From positions 672,001 through 736,000 of the forward strand of contig CAWCIZ010000003.1 in assembly GCA_963795855.1 (NCBI GenBank): a DNA stretch of 64,000 bases, in the 5' to 3' direction. Shown here piece by piece: positions 54,805 to 64,000 of this stretch. The DNA is from Vulcanimicrobiota bacterium (GTDB taxonomy: Bacteria > Vulcanimicrobiota > Vulcanimicrobiia > Vulcanimicrobiales > Vulcanimicrobiaceae). Made by a program: the position numbers and the translations under genes. Each line of letters opens with the position of its first letter. The stretch's first letter is position 1. The notes beneath the pieces were generated by a model that saw nothing but the letters and a program-made list of their open reading frames with translations, searched no databases and was not told where the DNA came from.

Positions 54805-54882
54805 GGTGCTCGCTGCTTCGCTACGAAAGCGCAAGGCCCCGGGTCGGATCCCGAGGCCTCGCGTCTCCATGTCCCGGCGGCG

Positions 54883-55843
54883 TTACTTGGTCGGCGCCGC
54901 GGTTGCCGTCCCGGCGTTCGGCGCGGCTTGCGTCGCTCCAGGCGGCGGCGTGGGGAAGAGTCCGTCGAACCGGTGATCGTCGATCTGAATTTTCGCGCTG
55001 CTTTGCAACTGTTGGTAGAACGGCTGCAGCAGCGGCGACTCTTGCTGCTGACGCAGCATCGTTTCGATCTGATCGTGCGTGCTTGCGAGCGTCGCCTTCT
55101 GTTCGGGTTTGCGCTCCTCGACTTGGATGATGTGATAGCCGTACGCCGATTTTACCGGCTGGCTGATCTTACCGATCGGCGCGCTGAACGCGTACGCATC
55201 GAATGAGGGCAGCATCGCGCCTTTGCGGAACCAGCCCAGCTCGCCGCCTTTCTCGCGGCTTCCGGGATCCGTCGAATACTGCTTGGCTTCGGCGGCGAAA
55301 TCTTTGCCGTTCTTCAAGTCGGCTTCGACTTTTTGCGCGGTCTTCAAATCGGGGACGAGTATGTGACGCGCGCGCGCTTCCGCCGGTTTGTCGAACTGCG
55401 CGTGGTTCTTGTCGAAGTAGTCCTTGATTTGTTTCTGGCCGATCGCGATGTTACCGCCCACCGCCTTGTCGATGATCAGCTGGCGGCGAATGAGATCCTG
55501 AACGTCCTGTTCGCTCAGTCCGCGAGCGGTGAGGAGTCTGATTCCACTGATCGCCCGGATATTGCGCCTTGTACTGGTCTTCGACTTTGTTGATCTCGTT
55601 TTGGCTGACCGTGATGTGATGCTGCTGCGCGTATTGATCGATGAGCATGCTCATCACCAGGTTTTGCAGCACGCCCCGCGCGGCGGGGCTGCCTTCGAGC
55701 TTGCTGTCCAGCTCGCCGTGAGAGATGCTCTGGCCGTTCACGGTAGCGACTGCACCGCCGCCTCCGCCGCCGCCGCAAGCGGCGAGGGAAACGGTGAGCA
55801 GTGCGGTGACAATACCCGCTACGAGCCGGTGGGCTTTCGACAT
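54883..55843 (-). CDS. prsA: Parvulin-type PPIase lipoprotein (frameshift near 55530)
   Basis: LAAC lipobox, ARHILV, STDPGS..GGELG, SAYGYHIIQV. Confidence 0.88.
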
Positions 55844-55932
55844 TCTACGCTCCAAATCAAGGGGAATAACCGCCGCCCGATTCGCTCTGTGCGCGCTCGG
55901 TCCTCCGTAGGAGGATTCCCCTTTGCGGCGTA

Positions 55933-56217
55933 TTGGCCGACGCGATGCTGAGGGTCGAACTTTCGGGCGACATCGATCTCGCCGTCAAGGACGAACTGCG
56001 CGAACGGCTGGATGCGGCGGCGCAAGAGTCCGACAGCATCGACATCGATCTCTCGAAAGTCGAATATGCCGATTCGACGGCGCTGGGGCTCATCATCGGT
56101 CTGCGCAACAAATTGCGCGAGCGCGGCGGAACCGTTCGCCTGGTCGCGCCTTCCGTGCGCATGCGCAAACTGCTCAATTACGCCGGCTTGGACAAGGCGT
56201 TCGAGGTAGTAGACTAA
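55933..56217 (+). CDS. STAS-domain anti-sigma factor antagonist
   Basis: LSGDIDL, IDLSKVEYADSTALG. Confidence 0.85.
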   Translation: MADAMLRVELSGDIDLAVKDELRERLDAAAQESDSIDIDLSKVEYADSTALGLIIGLRNKLRERGGTVRLVAPSVRMRKLLNYAGLDKAFEVVD

Positions 56218-56230
56218 TCTCCGCAACGCG

Positions 56231-59200
56231 CTACATCGCGAGAAGTAGGCCGCGCAGCAGCGGCATCCAAATTTCTTCCGCGCGCTGATTGGTCCGAAGC
56301 GGCGGCAAATCCACCAACACTTTGCCTTCCGCGAAACGGAAGCGGTTCTTCGTGAGCGACTGCAGTTTCGGAATCGCGCTGGGCTGCAATTCGAATCCGG
56401 TTCCAACGCCGAGCGTAAGGCGTTTTTCATCGACGACCACACGCGTGACGTGCTTTTGCAGCGCTATCGTGCGCAGCTTCGTGAGTTCTACGAGATTTTC
56501 CAGCGGCTGCGGCAGCGGTCCGAACCGATCGCGAACTCCCGCCGCGATCTCCTCCACGTCCGCGCGGCTGCGCGACTTCGCGAGCTGCTGATACACCGCG
56601 ATTTTCTGCGAAACTTGCGGGATGTAGTCGTTCGGCACGTAGGCGTCGATCTTCACGTCGATGACGGCTTCACGCTGCTCCTCGAGCGCGGCTTGCCGGC
56701 CTTTTCGCTGCGCGATCGCTTCCGCGAGCAGCTGACAATACGTATCGAACCCAACCGACGCGATAAAGCCGGACTGCGCCGATCCCGAGCAAGTTGCCCG
56801 CGCCTCGGATCTCCAAGTCGCGCATGGCGATCTGCAGGCCGCTTCCCAAGTGCGTGAATTCGCGAATGGCTTCGAGCCGCGCCTTCGCCTCTTCCGTCAG
56901 CGCCTTGTGCGCTTGATAGAGAAGATACGCGTACGCCTGATGATTCGACCGGCCGACGCGGCCGCGCAGTTGGTAGAGTTGCGCGAGACCGAATTTATCC
57001 GCGTCGTTTACGACGATCGTGTTGACGTTCGGGATGTCGATCCCGTTTTCGATGATCGTCGTCGAAACGAGCACGTCGATGTCGCCCTCGATGAACGACT
57101 GCATGATCGGCTCGAGTTCGTGCTCTCGCATTTGTCCGTGGCCGACTGCTACGCGCGCGCGCGGAACTAGCCGCTCGAGCGCATTCTTGACGGCGTAGAT
57201 CGACTCGATGCGGTTGTGCAGGTAATACACCTGTCCGCCGCGATCGAGTTCCGCAGCGAGGGCATGCTGGACGACTGCGTCGCTTGCCGGCACCACGACC
57301 GTCTTGATGGACATGCGGTTTTTGGGAGCGGTCTGAATCAGCGAGAGATCGCGCACGCCCATCAGCGACATGTGCAGCGTGCGCGGAATCGGCGTGGCGG
57401 AGAGCGTGAGGACGTCGACGCTCGCGCGCAGCTGTTTGAGCCGCTCTTTGTGCATCACGCCGAATCGCTGCTCCTCGTCGACGATGATGAGGCCGAGGTC
57501 CGCGAAGGCAATGTCTTTCTGCAGCAGCCGGTGCGTGCCGATGACGATGTCGACCTTACCTTCCGCGACGTCGCGAACCGTCGCTTTCTGTTCCGCTTTG
57601 GTTTTGAAGCGAGAGAGCTCTTCGATGCGAATCGGGAAGCCCGCGAAGCGGGCGCTGAAGTTGCGGTAATGCTGGTCGGCCAAAAGCGTCGTCGGGACGA
57701 GGATGGCAACCTGTTTTTTGTCCGCAATCGCTTTGAACGCCGCACGGATCGCCACTTCCGTTTTGCCGTAGCCGACGTCGCCGCATACGACACGGTCCAT
57801 CGGGCGCGCACGTTCCATGTCGCCTTTCACGTCGACGATTGCTTTCAACTGATCCGGCGTCTCGTCGTAAGGGAACGCCTCTTCGAGTTCCGCTTGCCAA
57901 GGCGTATCCTCTGCGAACGGGTGCCCTTTCGCGAGCTCGCGCTCGGCGTACAACTCGACCAAACCTTCGGCGATCTTCGCCAGCGATTCGGAAACGCGCG
58001 TTTTCGTGCGCGCCCAATCCGCGCCGCCCATTTTCGAAAGGCGCGGCGTGCCGCCTTCGCCGGCGCCGTACTTGGTGACTTGGTGCATCTGCGTAACCGG
58101 CACCAGCATGCGATCGGTTCCGGCGTACTTGAGATCGAGATAATCTTGCGTCGCGCCCAGAATCGTTTCCGTTCGCAGGCCTAGATATTGGCCGATGCCG
58201 TGCACCGCGTGGACCACGTAATCGCCGACTTTCAAATCCGCGAGTGTGACGGGCACGCCTTCTTTGACGGCGCGCATCTTGACGCGCTTGGCGGGTTGTC
58301 CGTAAATCTCGCGATCGCCCAGCACACGCAGGCGCAGATCGGGAATCGTGAATCCCGCTTCGATGCTGCCGTGATCGATGAAGACGCGCCCGTCGCGCGC
58401 GCCCAAATGCATGTGCGGGCCGGCCGTCCGATGCGCTTCCAAACCTGCGGCGCGCACGACGTCCGCGGTGCGTCCCGCGCCGGAGGTGACGAGCAGCACC
58501 GTATCGCCCGCTGCAACCCATTCGCGCAACGCTTGCGTGAACAGTTCTATCTGCCGGTTGAAGTGATCGGCGGGCTGCGCTTGGAGCACGCCTGATTCCG
58601 CTGCGTGCGGCAGCCAGTCCAGCGAATGCGCGCTCTCGATTCCGCCGGGAAATATCAGTGAAGGGCGGCGTGCGAACGCCGGCGCCAGATCGGCAAGGCG
58701 CGGATACGGCGCCGAGACTTCCGCGAGCAGTGCCTCACTGACGTCGTCGTCGCGAACGGACAACTCGCCCGACTCGACACCCGCGAGCAGCACGCTCTCT
58801 TCGCGCGATCGCTCTTCGTCGAGCGCGCGTTCGATCGTGCCAAGCATTCCGGGCTCATCGATGACCAGCGTTGCGCGTTCCGAGAGATAGTCGAGCGCCG
58901 TTTCGCGCTCGTCGAACGCCAGCGAAAGCCAGGGTTCGGGAATATCGGCGCCGGATTCGAGATACGCGCGCAGCGCTTGCGCCACGTTCCGCGGCCCGCT
59001 GAAACGCTCCGCGATCCGCGCGCGCAGCGAGTCGTCGCGCGGTATCTCCGTCCACGGAATGAGTTCGAGCGATTCGGCCGCGCCCTCGCTGCGCTGCGAT
59101 TCCAAATCGAAGGGACGTATGCTCTCGATCGTATCGCCGAAAAATTCGATGCGCGCCGGCTTGTCGGCGCAAGCCGAAAACACGTCGAGAATGCCGCCGC

Positions 59201-59780
59201 GTACCGCGTACTCGCCCGCCGCGCTGACGACGTCGCAGCGCCGGTAACCGAGACGATAGAGGCGCTCAATCGTCGCGTCCCATCCGGCGTCTTCGTTGAG
59301 CCGCAGCGTGAAGCGGGCGGATTGGAAGAATCTTCGCGGCGCGACGTATTGGCGCAACGCGTTGAGCGGCGCGAGAACGATGCCCGGCACGCCGTCCGCG
59401 AGCTCCGCGAGCAGCATCATGCGCGCGCTTCGCTCCGACGGTGATTCTATCGCACCGACGGTGTCCTCGCGCGAACGCAGCAGCCGCACCGTGCGCGGTT
59501 CGTCCTCTTCGAGGAAATACAGCAGGTCGGCAAACATCCGCTCCGCGACGTCCGCAGTGGGAACGGTCACGAATATCTGGCCGCCCAGCGCGCGATACAA
59601 CGATGCGACGAGCGCCGCCCGCGCCGCCGGAATCGTTTCATGCAGGGCATATGCGCCCACGCCGCGTCGCAGGAGTTCGAGCGCAGATGCAAGCGGGCGG
59701 CTGGAAGCCGGAAGCGCGCGGACCAGCGGCCCAGCCACGGTTCGGCGGGAGGCAGTCGAGTCCGCGATGAGGGTGGTCAC
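56231..59780 (-). CDS. mfd: Transcription-repair coupling factor (frameshift near 56780)
   Basis: RGGILDVF, GDYVVH..HGIG, CGDVGYGKTEVA, DEEQRFG, QLRGRVGRS, TRCF C-terminus. Confidence 0.96.
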
Positions 59781-59839
59781 AGCCTTACGATGATAACCGG
59801 TGGGCGCAACCTGTTCGCGGACCAGGGGTGTTTTTAGAA

Positions 59840-59866
59840 TTAGCAGTCTTGACAATCGAGTGCTAA
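59840..59866. promoter_or_regulatory. CIRCE operator (HrcA site) enclosing a TTGACA -35 box
   Basis: TTAGCAGTC-TTGACAATC-GAGTGCTAA versus consensus TTAGCACTC-N9-GAGTGCTAA; upstream of hsp20. Confidence 0.92.
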
Positions 59867-59903
59867 TTTTACTATTTTTCTGTCCAGGAGGTCTTTCAAC
59901 ACT

Positions 59904-60290
59904 ATGACGAGTCTTGTGAATCGTGACCGCTCGGGCGAGAACGGCTTGCTTGCTCGCCCCTTCAGCGATCTGTGGAACTTCGATCCGATGCGGGTCTTTT
60001 CGGGCGCCCAATCCTACGGGATTGAGATAAACCGGACCGAGGGCGGCTACACCGTCGAGGTCCCGGTGCCCGGCTACAGGCCGGAACAAATCGAAGTCAC
60101 CCTCGAAGACGGCGTGCTGACCGTGAAGGGCAAGAACGAGCGGCGCAGTTTCAGCCGTGCGTTCACCATACCGGAGGACGTCGATCACGAGGGCATCGAC
60201 GCCAAGGTAGAGCACGGGATGCTCACGCTGACGCTGGCACTCGTGCCGAAGGCGCAGCCCAAGCGCATTTCCGTGAAGAGCGCTCCGTAG
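59904..60290 (+). CDS. Small heat-shock protein (Hsp20/alpha-crystallin)
   Basis: AGGAGG RBS; VPG..EQIEV..DGVLTVKG, FSRAFTIP, A..EHGMLTLTL. Confidence 0.92.
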   Translation: MTSLVNRDRSGENGLLARPFSDLWNFDPMRVFSGAQSYGIEINRTEGGYTVEVPVPGYRPEQIEVTLEDGVLTVKGKNERRSFSRAFTIPEDVDHEGIDAKVEHGMLTLTLALVPKAQPKRISVKSAP

Positions 60291-60310
60291 TAGGCGCCAC
60301 CACCCGCAGT

Positions 60311-60340
60311 CAAAAGCCGCGCCGCCGTGCGCGGCTTTTG
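60311..60340. terminator. Intrinsic terminator after hsp20
   Basis: CAAAAGCCGCGC/GCGCGGCTTTTG perfect inverted repeat. Confidence 0.8.
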
Positions 60341-60355
60341 CGTTACTATTGCGTC

Positions 60356-60811
60356 ATGCTACTTCTTGCAGCGCTGCTCGCCGCGCCGTGCAACGCGCAC
60401 CCAGCGTACGCGGTTCAACCCTCGGTTTCGCGCGTTCGCGTGACGAGGGCGCCCGCCGGCTACATCGCGTCGGCTCTCATTCACTTCACATTGCGCAACA
60501 CGGAACCGGCGCTGATTCCAGCAGTGGATCCGGGCTTGCTCGAGCACGTGCAGGGACATGCGATCGTGGCGCAGCGCGTCGTGCGTTCCTCCGGCGGCAC
60601 GGTTCGAGCCAACGGCTCGAGCGCCGCACAGGCGCGCAGCCGACTGAATCAAACGATTGCGCGAATGCGCGCGGACCTGCAGAACGAACTCACCCGCGAA
60701 GAACGCGCTTACGATAACGTCACGGCGAATGGGGCGTCGCAAAGTCAGGGACCGGCGTACGGATTCCCCGGCGGTCCCGACGTGCATTCGCCGTGTGCGC
60801 GCCCAGGATGA
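60356..60811 (+). CDS. Hypothetical secreted protein
   Basis: Hydrophobic N-terminus; LLEHVQGH and YDNVTANG..QSQ motifs; start uncertain. Confidence 0.55.
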   Translation: MLLLAALLAAPCNAHPAYAVQPSVSRVRVTRAPAGYIASALIHFTLRNTEPALIPAVDPGLLEHVQGHAIVAQRVVRSSGGTVRANGSSAAQARSRLNQTIARMRADLQNELTREERAYDNVTANGASQSQGPAYGFPGGPDVHSPCARPG

Positions 60812-62075
60812 GCAGCGGAATGCCGATCTGCACTGCGACGATCGTCATGCTCAGCGACCGCGGCAGATCGGTTGTTGCGTCGGCGTAGTAGCGCACGCCG
60901 ATCAGCAGCGATGCGGCGATGAGCGCCCACGCTGCGCGTGACGGCCACGCGAGAAATGCGAGCGGAACAAGCCAAACCGCGTACCACGGATACGGATTCG
61001 GGATCGCGATCCAGAGTGCGAGCGCCCAATACGGAACGGCGTTTCGCGCATCGAGTTTCACGATCCAGGGCGCGGCGAGCAGAGCCGCGATCGCAGCGGC
61101 CGTCAGCGGAATCGAAATCGATTGCACGGAGAATTGCGGAAAGTAATGCCCCGCCGGCGCCAGATGCGCGCGGACGCCGTACTCGAGCGGAATCGCGAGC
61201 GCCGCTACGGCCGCGATACCCAGCGTCGCGCCCGACGCAGCGCTGCGAAAACGCGGCCGATCGTTCCACGATGCAACTGCGAGCGCGGCTGCGGCTGCGG
61301 CGCCCGGCGCTTTGATCAGCGCAGAAAGCGCCACGACGAGTGCGCCGGAAAACGGGCGCTTGGAGGCAACCAGTGCAAAGCCCGCGAGAACGATCGCGAG
61401 AGCCAACACGTCGTTGTGCCCTTCGGCGGCGCTCCATACCGCTAGCGGATTGAGCGCGATGCCCGCGGCGGCCGCAAGGCGCGCGGACGTTGAAAAACCG
61501 GAAAACGCCGCATATGCGAGCGGTGCGCACGCGACCAGAGCGGCGCACGCAAGGACGCGGAACGCCCAGAGCGTCGCTGCGGCGCCGAGGTGAAGAAAGA
61601 GCGCGACGATCGCGTGCGAGAGCGCCACGAATGCCGGTCCGTACACGCACATCGGCGGCGGATTACCCCACTGCCACAGCATCGCGTCGAGGAGCGGATC
61701 ACGAAGCGCGATGCGCGCATGCGAATACGCACTGATGCCGTGCATCGCCATGTCGCCGTATCCGGCATAGGCGTAGACGTCGCTGGAAAATACGACGGGA
61801 AAAGTCAGCGCGGCGGCACACGCCAGTGCGCTCGTCGCGGCGATCGCGGCAACGCTGCGGCAACGGCGCAGCGCAAGCACGTACCCAATCGACGCTATCG
61901 CAATCGCGATCGCAAACGCGATCCACATCTGTGCGCCGAACTGCTGCCAGTACGTGACGACGACGAGCGGCTGCGCGCGATCGACGGCGACGTCCGCGGG
62001 CGCATGCCGCAGCATAACGGCGCAGAGAGCCGCACCAGTAAGAAACCCAGCCGGAACCAGCAGCGCTATGCGCAT
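60720..62075 (-). CDS. GT-C membrane glycosyltransferase (MptB/GT87-like)
   Basis: FSSDVYAY, CVYGP, ALNPL..EGHND, YPWYAVW; multi-TM. Confidence 0.75.
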   Translation of the reverse strand: MRIALLVPAGFLTGAALCAVMLRHAPADVAVDRAQPLVVVTYWQQFGAQMWIAFAIAIAIASIGYVLALRRCRSVAAIAATSALACAAALTFPVVFSSDVYAYAGYGDMAMHGISAYSHARIALRDPLLDAMLWQWGNPPPMCVYGPAFVALSHAIVALFLHLGAAATLWAFRVLACAALVACAPLAYAAFSGFSTSARLAAAAGIALNPLAVWSAAEGHNDVLALAIVLAGFALVASKRPFSGALVVALSALIKAPGAAAAAALAVASWNDRPRFRSAASGATLGIAAVAALAIPLEYGVRAHLAPAGHYFPQFSVQSISIPLTAAAIAALLAAPWIVKLDARNAVPYWALALWIAIPNPYPWYAVWLVPLAFLAWPSRAAWALIAASLLIGVRYYADATTDLPRSLSMTIVAVQIGIPLLILGAHTANARRDRRGIRTPVPDFATPHSP

Positions 62076-63377
62076 GCTGGACGCACGCGTGCGGGTGCGG
62101 TGACTTCCGCCGCGGCGAGCGCCATCACGATCCACCATTCCGCGCCGACCTTCGGATAGAAGACCAGCAAGTCCACGATCTGGTGCAGCGCGAGCGCGAG
62201 GCTTGCGGCGAAGGCGGCAATGATGAACGGCGATTCCATCTGCTCTCGCGCGAACGTCGCAATCGACACGTAGACGAGCCACAGAGTAGCGGCGATCAGC
62301 GGAATGCCGCCCTCCGCTGAGAGCTTGCAAGTAGAGGCTGTTCGCATGCGTGCGCACGCCCTGCAGGCCCGTCATCGGAATGTCCAGTTCGAAGTTGCCG
62401 GCGCCCACGCCGAACACCGGGTGCTCGCGCCACAGCGTTATCGCGGCGCGCCAGAGCTCCGGCCTGGTTCCCACGCCGCCCGCGGGCGACGAATCGGAAT
62501 TCCACAGGCGCAGCACGGCGAGCGAATGCGTCACCAAAGCCCACGAGAACAGCACGGCCAATCCCGCCGCAATACCGGCGGTGATCGGAACGATTGCCGC
62601 GCGCAATTGCGAGCGTGAAGCAAACGCAACGGCGAGAATGGCGATTGCCGCGCCCGCGAGCCCGCCGCGCGAGAACGTCAGAATGTCGGTGCAGATAGCG
62701 GCGAACAGCGCGATGCGCGCGATGCCCGAACGTTCGCGCACAATAAATGCCAGCGCGAGCGGAATGGCCGCATCGAAGTAGCCGGCGAGCTGATTTGGTC
62801 CCTCGAGCGGACCGGTGATGCGCGGCAGCGTGTGTCCACTGACGAGGAGCACCGACGTCGAACCGGTTACTTCTTGCGCCAGCGCAAGCGCGCATACCGC
62901 GATCGTCGTCACGAATGCCGCGTTCGCGAGCGCGCGGCGGTCGGGATCGAGCCGGTACGCGGCAACCACGGCGCAAAAAATCAGCACGTACTCGGCGACT
63001 TTCAGCGTCTCACGAATGACCGGATCCGGGTGCGCAGCATGCACGAACGAAATGAGCATAGCGCAGAGTACCAGGATGCCTGCAACCAGAATGCGCCACG
63101 GCGCCTTCTCAGCCAGCGGCGCGAACGCGTCCCGATACGCCGAGAGTCCGAGCAGCACGCCGAGCAGCGCCGTCTTCTCCAGGGTGATCTCGGTTCCGAA
63201 CGCCTCCTGATAGAAGGCGAAGGGAACCACGGCGATCAGCACGCACGCGCCGTAAGCGGCTTTGCGCATCGTCAGCAGCGTCACGCCGATGAAGAAGGCG
63301 GCGTAGAACATCAGACCGATCGCATCGAGCGGCGGATACGCTGCCGGGCCCGGCTGGAAGTGGAGGAAATGCACCAC
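62066..63377 (-). CDS. O-antigen ligase (Wzy_C) family protein (frameshift near 62315)
   Basis: RITGPLEGPNQLAG, LTFSRGG, R..LW..A..LW.EHPVFGVGAGNF, HANSLYLQ. Confidence 0.85.
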
Positions 63378-63416
63378 GGCGGGCTTCGGTGCACGGGGAG
63401 CGAAATCCATGCCGCA

Positions 63417-64000
63417 ATGGACGAACAGGCGATGCGCCGGTGCATCGAACGCAAGCGCGACGGCGCCGAACTCTCGGCGCAAGAATGGGATGCCGTCATC
63501 GACGCGTTCATGAACGGCGAGGTCGATGAAGCGCAAATGGCCGCGCTTTGCATGGCTTGCCTGTGGCGCGGCATGTCGTTCGACGAGGCGTACGCGCTGA
63601 CGCGCGCGATGGTCGCAAGCGGGGAAACGATAGCGTTCGACGCTGCCGCCGGCATCGTCGTCGACAAGCACAGCAGCGGAGGGGTCAGCGACATCGTGTC
63701 GCTGGTTGCGGTCCCGTTAGCGGCTGCGGCAGGCGCCCGAGTCGCCAAACTTTCGGGGCGCGCGCTCGGACACACGGGCGGCACCATCGACAAACTCGAA
63801 ACCATTCCGGGGTTCAACGTTTCACTTCCCGTGCACGCGTTCGTCGAGCAGGTGCGGCGCATCGGCTGCGCGATCGCCGCGCAGACGCACGCGCTCGTTC
63901 CGGCTGACAAACGCATCTATCATCTGCGCGATCACACCGGCACGGTTCCGTCGATGGGGCTCATCGCGCCGTCGATCGTGTCGAAAAAGATTGCGGGCGG
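63417..64000 (+). CDS. pdp: Pyrimidine-nucleoside/thymidine phosphorylase (partial, runs off the window end)
   Basis: IERKRDG, DKHSSGGV.D, KLSGRALGHTGGTIDKLE.IPG, PADKRIY.LRD. Confidence 0.92.
   Translation, partial: MDEQAMRRCIERKRDGAELSAQEWDAVIDAFMNGEVDEAQMAALCMACLWRGMSFDEAYALTRAMVASGETIAFDAAAGIVVDKHSSGGVSDIVSLVAVPLAAAAGARVAKLSGRALGHTGGTIDKLETIPGFNVSLPVHAFVEQVRRIGCAIAAQTHALVPADKRIYHLRDHTGTVPSMGLIAPSIVSKKIAG

Noticed and set aside
60720..63671. 983-aa ligase-glycosyltransferase fusion
   Set aside because: Produced by a frameshift near 62315; the ligase C-terminus is in another frame ending at 62066 and the GT has its own ATG at 62075.

Overview
High-GC bacterial chromosomal window. The gene content resembles Eremiobacterota/Vulcanimicrobiota (inference only): Firmicute-like mfd-prsA-mazG and yggS-sepF-divIVA synteny, DUF5693-csaB, whiA-gap, and many secreted beta-propeller lipoproteins. 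Core genes are copZ-copA, ctpA-like protease, ggt, tRNA-Val(TAC), ileS, tgt, rluA-family, lspA, ccdA, lgt, yggS, sepF, divIVA, leuB, fabH, a small flagellar cluster (flgF-like, flgG, mini flgJ-like, fliA), punA, gpmI, tpiA, pgk, gap, whiA, MATE, mazG, prsA, mfd, CIRCE-controlled hsp20, two GT-C-type membrane enzymes and a partial pdp. Many housekeeping genes carry single-base indels, densest at 18.3-27.5 kb; these are most likely long-read errors. The main unexplained structures are: (1) an integrase-less ~3.9 kb island bounded by a duplicated 5' half of tRNA-Val; (2) a ~0.8 kb insertion bounded by a synonymously recoded duplicate of the flgG 3' end; (3) a 57-aa RiPP-precursor-like peptide followed by a GNAT-fold gene; (4) a promoter- and terminator-bounded structured RNA ahead of DUF5693-csaB-ileS; (5) a recurring RGGRNC-N13-NNKAA motif upstream of many genes. 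No CRISPR array, rRNA, transposase or integrase was seen. All calls are by eye; no database searches were run.
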